Virus record (IMG/VR): IMGVR_UViG_3300045988_035404
Origin: a virus
DNA: 45,145 bases
Direction: 5' to 3' (one strand)
Each line of letters starts with the position of its first letter. Positions within the stretch are counted from its first letter, which is position 1. Below, piece by piece: positions 34,514-42,205 of this stretch. A program made the translations under genes and the position numbers. The notes under the pieces were generated by a model, which did no database searches, was not told the origin of the DNA, and was given only the letters and a program-made list of their open reading frames with translations.

Positions 34514-34906
34514 TCACATTCCTTCAATGTCTAACACAATCTTAAATTTCCCAGACTCACCACTTAGCCCGCCATATTGAAACGACATCATTTTGATAAC
34601 TTCGTGATTGTCGTCTGGCCACAAATTAGCGTCCGTCAAGCCGTCTATAATAGCTTTAACGGTAGGATATAGGTTGGGTGGGTCTAATCTTCGTCTGGTT
34701 GGTGCATAGACCGTGACAAGCACCTTACAAGGTTTATCCGGGCTATATACTGGCTTAATGTTAAGCCCCGCTTCTGCTCTTGCTATCAATCGCAGTTTCT
34801 TGACCATCCGGCCCTCTGCTTGATAATGAAATCTGTCATTACTGTTGATTACTAAATTTTGAGCAGGCTTAGTTTTTGACCTTGGTAATAGAAATTCTAG
34901 TTTCAT
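34514..34906 (-). CDS. rusA: RusA-family Holliday junction resolvase
   Basis: 130 aa with the motif DPPNLYPTVKAIIDGL...DDN, located next to ssb. Confidence 0.75.
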   Translation of the reverse strand: MKLEFLLPRSKTKPAQNLVINSNDRFHYQAEGRMVKKLRLIARAEAGLNIKPVYSPDKPCKVLVTVYAPTRRRLDPPNLYPTVKAIIDGLTDANLWPDDNHEVIKMMSFQYGGLSGESGKFKIVLDIEGM

Positions 34907-34917
34907 ATTTCCCCCAA

Positions 34918-35421
34918 TTAGAACGGCAAATCGTCACTGCTGATATCCATTGGGTTTGCGTTCCCGTAAGGTCCGCTTTCTCTTGCAAAGTTTGGCCCTT
35001 GCTGTTGCGGTGCTTGTTGTCCATAAGGCCCTGCATAGCCGTTGTCATTGCCAAATGCTCCCGATGTATTACCTTGATTTGCATTACTCCCTTCACGCGC
35101 TGCACGGCTTTCCAACATTTGGAAATTCTCAGCGACAACTTCGGTTACATACACACGTTGACCCTGTTGATTTTCATAGCTGCGAGTCTGAATGCGTCCA
35201 GTAATGCCAATCAATGCGCCTTTTTTAGCCCAGTTAGCCAAATTCTCAGCTTGCTGACGCCAGATAACGCAATTGATAAAGTCTGTTTCACGTTCACCGT
35301 TAGCGTCCTTGAAGTTGCGGTTGACAGCTAGGCTAAACGTAGCCACTGCGACGTTGCTAGGCGTGTAGCGTAGTTCTGGGTCTTTGGTTGTCCTTCCAAC
35401 CAATACGACATTATTGATCAT
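34918..35421 (-). CDS. ssb: Single-stranded DNA-binding protein
   Basis: OB-fold N-terminus [20 protein letters not shown], Gly/Gln-rich tail, C-terminal DDLPF. Confidence 0.95.
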   Translation of the reverse strand: MINNVVLVGRTTKDPELRYTPSNVAVATFSLAVNRNFKDANGERETDFINCVIWRQQAENLANWAKKGALIGITGRIQTRSYENQQGQRVYVTEVVAENFQMLESRAAREGSNANQGNTSGAFGNDNGYAGPYGQQAPQQQGPNFARESGPYGNANPMDISSDDLPF

Positions 35422-36389
35422 TGATTTTCTCCTAGAATTTCATAGTTCACAAAGTTATCATCGAGCAGCTTTGCAAATTGATGCCATTGATTCTCTCCGC
35501 CGTGGAACGTAAGAGCTAGATTGACTTTGTACGGTTCAGCGGGCTTGCTAGGCACTTCATCGACTGGCTTAGTGTCTTCGATAACCTCGCCCGTTTCAGC
35601 ATTTACCGCCTTGATTTCCTCGTTAGCTGATTGTTTAGCCATTGCTTCAATTTCTGCTAGGCGTGCCGCTTCTGCTTGTTGTTTGGCTTCCGCTTTCTGC
35701 TTGCGCTCAACGGCTGCATCACGGTCCTTTTTCATTTGTTTCAAGATTTCAACTAGAGGTGTTCCGTTCTGCAACGCTCTAGTATACGGATCTGATGGCA
35801 ATTCATAATCAAGAGCGTGTTCAAAAATCATGTCAACGTTAGCCTTGTATTCCCCAAGTCGGTCATATTCAGCCAAAACAAGAGCGTCGATTTCTTCGAT
35901 GGTTTCTTTTTTGAGTTCCATCTTCTTGCCTTTGAAATACTTCTTCAAAGAATAGCCGTCGTACTTGTCTTTAAACGTGTCCTTATCCAGTCCAGCAAGC
36001 TCGCACTTTTCTTCAAATACCGCTCTAACGTGGTCAACTCGTAGCATTCTTTGGTGTTCGTCGATTTCGTCACGTTTTGCTCGCAAGGTTTCAAGAAGCC
36101 CCTCTAGCGGTTTGCATGATTTCTTTAAATCCCCTTCAAATTCGGTGAGTGGGTTTTTATAGATCTTCGCAATATCTTTACGTTTCGTTTCTAACTTGTC
36201 GTAAAGACCTTTGTAGCGTGTGATTTCTTTCTTAATATCGTCGTATTCCAGATTATCTAACTGTTCGTCTGATAGCTCACTAACTGCCGTTTGGATGGCT
36301 TTGTCAAATGCTTCAAAGTCAAAGTTGATCGTTCCCGGCGTGTATACCGGCTCAATTGTTTCTAAAAAGTTATTTGTTACGTCCTTCAT
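35418..36389 (-). CDS. DUF1351-family protein (recombination module accessory)
   Basis: 323-aa coiled-coil protein between the SSAP and SSB genes. Confidence 0.65.
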   Translation of the reverse strand: MKDVTNNFLETIEPVYTPGTINFDFEAFDKAIQTAVSELSDEQLDNLEYDDIKKEITRYKGLYDKLETKRKDIAKIYKNPLTEFEGDLKKSCKPLEGLLETLRAKRDEIDEHQRMLRVDHVRAVFEEKCELAGLDKDTFKDKYDGYSLKKYFKGKKMELKKETIEEIDALVLAEYDRLGEYKANVDMIFEHALDYELPSDPYTRALQNGTPLVEILKQMKKDRDAAVERKQKAEAKQQAEAARLAEIEAMAKQSANEEIKAVNAETGEVIEDTKPVDEVPSKPAEPYKVNLALTFHGGENQWHQFAKLLDDNFVNYEILGENQ

Positions 36390-36392
36390 GCT

Positions 36393-37088
36393 CTATCCCT
36401 TTCGTTGGTAGATTTGCCCTTGAATGTCCATAGTCACCACGTCGAATCCTGGCACCAGCAACTCATGGAAATCATTAAGTTTGTATTTTCCAAGATAATA
36501 CTTGGCTACTGTTTCGACTGCTTGACCAGTAATTAGAGCTAATTCGTTGATTAGCTGCATGATAGCGTCATGCTGTTCGTTGCTAATGAAATTAGGTTGT
36601 GGGTTATTTTGTTGCTGGGGTTGTGCTTGCGGTTGCTGATTTTGATGCGGTTGTGGGCTGTGAGGTTGGTTTGGTCTCAAACTCTCCTCTGCCACTTCGA
36701 AGTGGTCCACATCTTCCTCGCCAATTGCGAATAGTGCTTGCAAGGCGTACTTCCCGGCGTATGATTGTACGGCTCCTACCCATTGCGGTTCATTCATTTG
36801 CTTTAAGTCTCCGTTGCGAGTTTTTAAAATCGGTACAGGAGATAATTCTGCGAACGCCACTGCTTGCTCTTTCTCCTCTCGGTTAGATGCCGTCGCAATC
36901 GCTTTGATAAAAGTCTTCCCAGAAAATTCGACTAGATCATAGTTGACTACAACGTTCCAATTTGATTTCAAACTTTTAAAGGCGTTGTAAATATCCTCGA
37001 CGTGCCTTGAAGCGTACTTGGCAGTCCCTTCTTTCTTTTTTTCAAGCTGCATTCGTTGCTGCAGCTCTGTGAATGTCATTTCTTCCAT
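36393..37088 (-). CDS. erf: ERF-family single-strand annealing recombinase
   Basis: The motif QWVGAVQSYAGKYALQALFAIGEEDVD, followed by a Gln/Pro-rich linker. Confidence 0.65.
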   Translation of the reverse strand: MEEMTFTELQQRMQLEKKKEGTAKYASRHVEDIYNAFKSLKSNWNVVVNYDLVEFSGKTFIKAIATASNREEKEQAVAFAELSPVPILKTRNGDLKQMNEPQWVGAVQSYAGKYALQALFAIGEEDVDHFEVAEESLRPNQPHSPQPHQNQQPQAQPQQQNNPQPNFISNEQHDAIMQLINELALITGQAVETVAKYYLGKYKLNDFHELLVPGFDVVTMDIQGQIYQRKG

Positions 37089-37202
37089 GTCATATCCTTT
37101 TTAATACCCCTAATTCTCAAATTTTGGGGGGGTTATTTGCCGTTTTACCGTTTCTCTAGTGTAATTGTGCCACTAGATTATTTAGGACGGTTACAAGCGA
37201 TT

Positions 37203-37385
37203 TTAGAGCCGTTTTTGCCCTTTGACTTTTTTTAGGTGCCAAAGCTCCTTTTTGAGCTTGGTGTTTTCTTGGGCTAGTGACAAGATTCTGTCTTGCTGAC
37301 TATTGATAATCTTGCCCAACTCACGACCTAAATTCATGTACTTGTTCCGCCAACGGCTGTCAACCTCGTATGTTTCTTGTTCCAT
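37203..37385 (-). CDS. Small coiled-coil protein, 60 aa
   Basis: ATG start. Intergenic spacing is consistent with a real gene. Confidence 0.5.
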   Translation of the reverse strand: MEQETYEVDSRWRNKYMNLGRELGKIINSQQDRILSLAQENTKLKKELWHLKKVKGQKRL

Positions 37386-37418
37386 GTTTAATGCCTACCC
37401 TCCCACCACTGCTATTAA

Positions 37419-37739
37419 CTAATTAATTATTTTTCTCAAAAATGCTTTGATTTCGTCTCTTGTAACTTCGTTACGTCCTGTGCGTTCGAAGTCGGAGCCG
37501 TCAAGTTTAGTTACATTGTATTCGGCTTCCACATTAAGCACTTCGCAGCCAAACGTTTCAGCAAGCTTGTCAAGATCGTTTTTTTGTTTTTCGTATGGTT
37601 CGAGAGGCAAGTATAGTGCATCTCTCAAACGGTCAGTAAATGTTGCTGTAAATACTAGACTTCCTTTGTCTTTGTAACTTTCAAGAAATCCATCTTTCTC
37701 AGCGCTGTAAAATACGACTTGTTTGTTATTTTCTTTCAT
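37419..37739 (-). CDS. Hypothetical early protein, 106 aa
   Basis: Its ATG (37739) lies 3 nt downstream of the upstream gene's stop (37742-37744). Confidence 0.65.
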   Translation of the reverse strand: MKENNKQVVFYSAEKDGFLESYKDKGSLVFTATFTDRLRDALYLPLEPYEKQKNDLDKLAETFGCEVLNVEAEYNVTKLDGSDFERTGRNEVTRDEIKAFLRKIIN

Positions 37740-37741
37740 GA

Positions 37742-38248
37742 TTACTCCTCTTGTTCTAATGTTTTAACTAAATTTACGTAAGCTTCGTAATGCTTGCCGC
37801 TATCTTTGCTGTCTTGATATGCTTTTTTGATAAGTTCTTCGCCTGTTCCATAGAAACAGCCAACTTTCCACATCTTATTTGATCGTGTGTAAGTGAAGTA
37901 CCGGCCACTAGACCAGTTGTTTTTGAAAACGATGTAGTCATTTAATTTTGAGACCTCAGCGTCACCAGAGACCTCAGCGTTACCATAGACCTCAGCGTCA
38001 CCATAGACCCTTGCGTCACCATAGACCCTTGCGTCACCAGAGACCCTTGCGTTACCAGAGACCCATGCGTTACCAGAGACCCATGCGTTACCAGAATGGG
38101 ATAGGTTTTCTTCTTTTTCAACATATCCGCCTAACTCGCCTTTTTTGACATTGTCGAACGAAATCAAGGCTTTGATTCTGAATAGCTCGATTCCGAACAT
38201 TGTGATTTTAGACGATAAATCTAATTCAAATTTCTTAATCATTTTCAT
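37742..38248 (-). CDS. Hexapeptide-repeat (left-handed beta-helix-like) protein, 168 aa
   Basis: Eight consecutive G[ND]A[WRE]V[SY] hexapeptides. The start overlaps the adhesin stop by 14 nt. Confidence 0.75.
   Translation of the reverse strand: MKMIKKFELDLSSKITMFGIELFRIKALISFDNVKKGELGGYVEKEENLSHSGNAWVSGNAWVSGNARVSGDARVYGDARVYGDAEVYGNAEVSGDAEVSKLNDYIVFKNNWSSGRYFTYTRSNKMWKVGCFYGTGEELIKKAYQDSKDSGKHYEAYVNLVKTLEQEE
37952..38095. repeat. 18-bp tandem repeat x8 (coding the hexapeptides)
   Basis: Units of GACC(TC/CT/CA)(A/T)GCGT(C/T)ACCA(G/T)A were read directly. Confidence 0.9.
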
Positions 38249-39974
38249 CCTCGCTGTATTTCTTGAATCCGAGAGTCAATGCGGTGATGCCTGTTGCAAT
38301 CACCACCAAGCCTAGAGTTGACATGATGCCTTCTTTTTCGCCAGTGTTTGGCAAAGTAGCGCTGTAAGTAGGTGTATTTACAGCCTCTTTTGGATCAGAA
38401 TCAAAGTTATAAGATACTGTGGTAATTTCCTTTTTGGCTTTCGGAGCGTCTACGGGCTTGCTAGGCGCCTTTTTAGGTGTCGCTGGAATTTCAAGCTCTG
38501 GCAAGTCCAAGATAGGCGCATCGTTTGGAATTACCCCGCCTTCAAACGGTGGGAGTTCTCTTACTTCGGGAATTCCAGGAATGCCACCTTGGAATTCAGG
38601 TTTGTGGTGTACCGGTGCTTCATTTGGTACTGTTCCGCCATTCCATTCTGGCAACTCTCGCACCTCTGGAATACCAGGGATGCCGCCTTGGAATTCTGGG
38701 ATATCTACTTTTGGAGCTTCACGAGGAATTTCAAAAGTTGGTTCCGGTTTGTTTTCACCAGACGCATCACCGCGTCCGCCAACAAGCTGCACTTTAGAGC
38801 TTGATTTAGCCCCAGCGTCTACAGCTACCAACTCAGCCTTGTTTGTTGGGTTGGTACTATCTTTAACCGCTTTCTTAAGTTTAGTTTGGTAATCGATGTA
38901 CAAGATACGGTTAAACTGTTTGAATTTAGCGTCGAAGCCATCAGCTCTAACATTCCAGCTTTCAAGGTAATCCTTAGCTGAAAAGTCAATGCCAGTCCAA
39001 GCAAGTGGGTCTTCAACAAAGTAGATGTTTTGAGAGCCTTCTACAAACTCTTGATTATCAGACCAAGTGTCCTTCAATTTCGCATAATTCAAGACTTGAC
39101 GGGCAGTGTTCAAACGCAAGGTCCAGTTAATGATTTGAGGGTCCTTTTTATTTTGACTGCCCCATTTAGACAGGAGTTCATTGCTTGGAAGTGGGCCTTC
39201 TTCTGCAATAGTGAAGGTTTTAACAGTGCCGTTGAAATTAACTGTCACTGGTTTACCCGGTTCGACAATATCCAACCACTTAGCGTCAAATTTCAAGCTC
39301 ATTTTCTTGTTCAATGGGTTGTTTTGGAAGTAATTGTTAAAAGTGGTTGTGATTTTGCGAGCTTGTGCATCAGCGTTAGCCTTACCAACGATGTTCTCGT
39401 TGTTGTAAACATCGAAGTCAAAGCTGGTCTGCAAACCGATTTCTTTAGGTAGTTCAGTAACTACCTTGTCCCCCTCGTTGATAGCCATATCATTGGGGAA
39501 GTTGATATCTTTGTATTCAACCTTGAAAGGTGAGTATTTGCCGTTGCCGTTAGGGAAGTCTACTTGTACGTTAGGGTTTTCAACATTGATTGTGTCGCCC
39601 TCTTTAGTAACCGTAGTAGGTGCCGCTGGGGTTTCAGCTACTGGTTGAGCTACTTCTGTAGTTGTTACTGGTGCTTCTGTAGCAACAACTGGAGTTTCAG
39701 CAATCGGTTGAGATTCCACTGGAGCTGGCGCCAATGCTTTTGGTGTTTCTACTGGTGCCACTGTTTCGCTAGGTGCCACCGTCACGTTTCCGGCATTATC
39801 AGCCGTATAGACGTTAGACACGGCTAGCTGAGTGTCTGCCACTGGTTGCGTTGTTTCGTCTGCTGACACTGCACCAGCTCCAATCAATAGAGCGATAGCA
39901 AGCGCCAATGTTCCACAAAGCCCGTAGGCTTTAGATACAGTGAATCCTGGTTTTGCAATTGTTTGTGCTTTCAT
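38235..39974 (-). CDS. LPXTG-anchored surface protein, MSCRAMM/collagen-binding-like adhesin
   Basis: The ATG at 39974 has an AAGGAG SD. Signal peptide ends ..LLIGAGAVSADE. It has a Pro/Thr/Ala-rich spacer, a TYTFTDYV-like motif (ITTTFNNYF), two ~33-aa EFQGGIPGIPEVRELP repeats, and LPNTG plus a TM helix plus a charged tail. Confidence 0.85.
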   Translation of the reverse strand: MKAQTIAKPGFTVSKAYGLCGTLALAIALLIGAGAVSADETTQPVADTQLAVSNVYTADNAGNVTVAPSETVAPVETPKALAPAPVESQPIAETPVVATEAPVTTTEVAQPVAETPAAPTTVTKEGDTINVENPNVQVDFPNGNGKYSPFKVEYKDINFPNDMAINEGDKVVTELPKEIGLQTSFDFDVYNNENIVGKANADAQARKITTTFNNYFQNNPLNKKMSLKFDAKWLDIVEPGKPVTVNFNGTVKTFTIAEEGPLPSNELLSKWGSQNKKDPQIINWTLRLNTARQVLNYAKLKDTWSDNQEFVEGSQNIYFVEDPLAWTGIDFSAKDYLESWNVRADGFDAKFKQFNRILYIDYQTKLKKAVKDSTNPTNKAELVAVDAGAKSSSKVQLVGGRGDASGENKPEPTFEIPREAPKVDIPEFQGGIPGIPEVRELPEWNGGTVPNEAPVHHKPEFQGGIPGIPEVRELPPFEGGVIPNDAPILDLPELEIPATPKKAPSKPVDAPKAKKEITTVSYNFDSDPKEAVNTPTYSATLPNTGEKEGIMSTLGLVVIATGITALTLGFKKYSEDEND

Positions 39975-40033
39975 GGTATAATCTCCTTGATAATTAATTT
40001 TGTCTTGCATGGGCCCTAACCCATGCTTTTTTT
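39953..40033 (+). ncRNA. Candidate short cis-antisense unit opposite the adhesin 5' UTR
   Basis: TTGCAA (39953-39958), 18 nt, TGGTATAAT (39974-39982), then the perfect hairpin GCATGGG/CCCATGC (40007-40026) plus T7 (40027-40033). Confidence 0.45.
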
Positions 40034-40330
40034 AGTGCTCTCAACGTGCACCCAATGCCCCATCGTGTCGTCTTTTTCAATGTTTTATTAGACTTTTTGG
40101 GGAAGATTAGGAAAAAAGTAATTTAGTAAAGTTTTTTTGGGGAAAAATTATGGGTATAAGTTACACTCCACGATGAGGCCGTGGCTGCACGCTGAAAAAA
40201 TTGACGTTATTTTATGTACTTGTTCTTGAGTCGTTCGCTCTTTTCCTCTGGCGTTTCCACCCACTCAAAGAACGGCTCTGGTTTCGGTTGTTTCTTTTTG
40301 AAAAGTTTTTCTAGTAGATGTTTCAAATCA

Positions 40331-40471
40331 TCACCCCACTAGCTGATCTAATGGCAATCCGTGGTCGGCGTTAAATTCTCTGACCTTTTCATCAATCATG
40401 CGATGTGGTTTTACTTCGAAAACTTCTACTTCTTCTTGCTTCTTTGACCAAATCCAGTTTAAAAATTTCAT
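40331..40471 (-). CDS. Possible 46-aa early protein, not in the ORF track
   Basis: AAAGGAG SD 8 nt before the ATG. Hand translation gives MKFLNWIWSKKQEEVEVFEVKPHRMIDEKVREFNADHGLPLDQLVG. Confidence 0.5.
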   Translation of the reverse strand: MKFLNWIWSKKQEEVEVFEVKPHRMIDEKVREFNADHGLPLDQLVG

Positions 40472-40504
40472 TGTTGTTTTCTCCTTTGGTTTTTTGATTT
40501 TGTT

Positions 40505-40711
40505 TTAGAATACATGGACACCACGCTCAGCCCATTTGTTACGTAAACGATTTTGAGCGTCCCCGTTATATCCGCAGATATGGAACGCCAAGCCAAAGTT
40601 TTCTTTGCTATGGCGTTTAGCCACAATTTCATCCTCAAAGATTTCGACGAATTTTTTAACTTCGTCTAGGTCTTCGCTGCATGGGTAGAATAACCAGTCG
40701 TTATCTACCAC
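40505..40711 (-). CDS. Hypothetical early protein (N-terminus uncertain)
   Basis: The track start is GTG. The frame is open a further ~36 codons upstream behind an AGAGAGG SD, but with no canonical start codon there. Confidence 0.5.
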   Translation of the reverse strand: MVDNDWLFYPCSEDLDEVKKFVEIFEDEIVAKRHSKENFGLAFHICGYNGDAQNRLRNKWAERGVHVF

Positions 40712-40900
40712 AACGTGCCAGTTGTCACCTAGAACTGTCTGGATTTTCTTATATTCAAATTTAGCCGTTTTGATTACCTCTCTTATTCTTCTGACTACTA
40801 CTGTATTGTTATCAGTTAGTAATTATTTCTAGTTAGTGCCGGTAGGCTCTAGATTGTTGTAAGTTAGTACTTGTTGTATAGTTAGTATTTATTAGTGCCC

Positions 40901-40967
40901 AATTTTACACATTGCAATTTTACACATTGCAATTTTACACATTGCAATTTTACACATTGCAATTTTT
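40901..40967. repeat. Iterons: 15-bp unit AATTTTACACATTGC x4 plus a partial copy; putative origin of replication
   Basis: Four perfect contiguous copies, then an inverted partial copy at 40972-40982. Flanked by GTTAGTA/GTTAGTG repeats (40810-40890). Confidence 0.7.
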
Positions 40968-40981
40968 GGGAAATGTAAAAT

Positions 40982-41344
40982 TTACGTTGTGCTATCTGTG
41001 GATAACTCTTTCTCAAGATGTCCCATCAGATACTCTAGGTAGTTGTCTGTTATAGGAACATCTGAGAAAAATCTGTGTACCTCACTCCCTTTTCCTCTAC
41101 CTAAGCTACGCTTAATCACTCTCATATATCCTGCTTCTTCTAAGATTTTGAAATGGCTATCAACGGTAGTGCGGCTTATGCCTAGCCGTCTTGCGATTTC
41201 ATCAGGATATACAACCCAATCGGGCTTATTGGTCAAGATGACCGTTAAAATGCCTATTGTTGCTGGTTTCAACCGTTTGTCTTGAGTAAAAGCGTTATTG
41301 ATAGATGTGTAATTTTCGTTGGCGTTCCTGATTATGTATTGCAT
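40982..41344 (-). CDS. Winged-helix DNA-binding protein, RepA_N-like replication initiator candidate
   Basis: The pattern NAFTQD..L...IGILTVIL....W..YPDEIARRLGISRTTVDSHFKILEEAGYM...R..GRGKG resembles RepA_N. Iterons lie directly 3' of it. Confidence 0.55.
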   Translation of the reverse strand: MQYIIRNANENYTSINNAFTQDKRLKPATIGILTVILTNKPDWVVYPDEIARRLGISRTTVDSHFKILEEAGYMRVIKRSLGRGKGSEVHRFFSDVPITDNYLEYLMGHLEKELSTDSTT

Positions 41345-41353
41345 ACCTCATAG

Positions 41354-41506
41354 TTAAGCCCCTTCCTGTAGCTTTTCTTTGTGAAAACCTATGATGATGT
41401 CATAGTAAGCGTGGCCGCTTGGAATGACATATTTAGTTAAATCATCAACTCTGGAACCGTCTGCCATAATGTTGATTATGGTGGGTTCCCATTTTTGTTT
41501 TTTCAT
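41354..41506 (-). CDS. Possible 50-aa early protein, not in the ORF track
   Basis: Hand translation gives MKKQKWEPTIINIMADGSRVDDLTKYVIPSGHAYYDIIIGFHKEKLQEGA. The SD is weak. Confidence 0.45.
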   Translation of the reverse strand: MKKQKWEPTIINIMADGSRVDDLTKYVIPSGHAYYDIIIGFHKEKLQEGA

Positions 41507-41568
41507 GGTACAATCTCTTTAGTTTAAATTTTCTATCGGTCTGACTCTGGCAGGGGTCAGCCTTTTTT
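41486..41568 (+). ncRNA. Candidate short cis-antisense unit opposite the early leader
   Basis: TTCCCA (41486-41491), 17 nt, TGGTACAAT (41506-41514), then the hairpin GGTCTGAC/GTCAGCC (41538-41562) plus T6. Confidence 0.4.
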
Positions 41569-41785
41569 GTTGCCTTAACGACACTGGAGAACTAGCGAGG
41601 ACTTTGAATTTATTTATTTTTAGGAGTTTTTATAAATCAAATCGTTTCACGCTAATGGTATTAGTATTGCTTACGCTTCAACAGATATGCCCCGCTAGCT
41701 CACTAGTGCCGTCAAGGTGTCGATTGCAACTGCATTATTTTTATTTAACTTTCGCTTAACTAAAACTTTTGCGGTTGCTTTTTCT

Positions 41786-42019
41786 TTAATGTTTTTGTTG
41801 CGTTTCGGGAACAGTTTGTTTAAAAAAAATACCGATTTCATCCTTACTGTACCCTAGTAAGCCGGCAAGTGTGATAAGTTCGTCAGCGGAAAATGAGATT
41901 TTCCCATTCTCTCTCTTATTATACTGATCGCGAGCCAAACCCATTAGTTCAGCCATTTTCGCTTGAGTATAACCTTTCGCTACTCGTTCAGCTCTCACAC
42001 GAAGCAAATCAACTTTCAT
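41786..42019 (-). CDS. Cro-like XRE-family HTH regulator
   Basis: HTH segment GYTQAKMAELMGLARDQYNKRENG. Divergent from the repressor gene. GGAGG SD. Confidence 0.85.
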   Translation of the reverse strand: MKVDLLRVRAERVAKGYTQAKMAELMGLARDQYNKRENGKISFSADELITLAGLLGYSKDEIGIFFKQTVPETQQKH

Positions 42020-42070
42020 AGATTACCTCCGTTTATTTAGTTTTCATTACTTGTTCCTTAGAACAATTAT

Positions 42071-42099
42071 AGTATACCTAACGCGTTCCCATTTGTCAA
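42071..42099 (-). promoter_or_regulatory. Early lytic promoter TTGACA-17-TATACT
   Basis: -35 at 42099..42094 and -10 at 42076..42071. A GGGAAC operator half-site (42085-42090) lies in the spacer. Confidence 0.65.
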
Positions 42100-42145
42100 C
42101 GATAGAATAAAAAAAATATGAAAAAAGTTTATTTCTGGGAACACC

Positions 42146-42174
42146 TTGTTTATTTTCGGGAACTGTTGTATAAT
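42146..42174 (+). promoter_or_regulatory. Repressor promoter TTGTTT-17-TATAAT
   Basis: -35 at 42146-42151 and -10 at 42169-42174. GGGAAC sites lie at 42137-42142 and 42158-42163. Confidence 0.6.
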
Positions 42175-42205
42175 GTTCTTACTATTAAGTAAAAGGAAAA
42201 AGCGC

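Noticed and set aside
34869-35331. ORFs overlapping ssb on both strands (89 aa, 151 aa, 84 aa)
   Set aside because: ssb is unambiguous (OB fold, DDLPF tail). The overlapping frames are by-products.
38419-39827. Plus-strand ORFs antisense to the adhesin gene (157, 140, 90, 87 aa and others)
   Set aside because: They are Gly/Pro/Ser-rich mirror frames of repetitive adhesin coding sequence, with no SDs.
40205-40330. Possible 38-aa ORF with a TTG start (KHLLEKLFKKKQPKPEPFFEWVETPEEKSERLKNKYIK)
   Set aside because: It has only a non-ATG start and a marginal SD. It is plausible but unsupported, so it is not listed as a feature.
40901-40967. Possible CRISPR array, from the repeated 15-mers
   Set aside because: The repeats are contiguous with no spacers, are only 15 bp long and lie next to an initiator-like gene. 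They are iterons of an origin.
42146-42205. N-terminal extension of the repressor (TTG start, MFIFGNCC...)
   Set aside because: The extension would overlap the repressor's own promoter (-35/-10 at 42146-42174). The ATG at 42206 has an SD.
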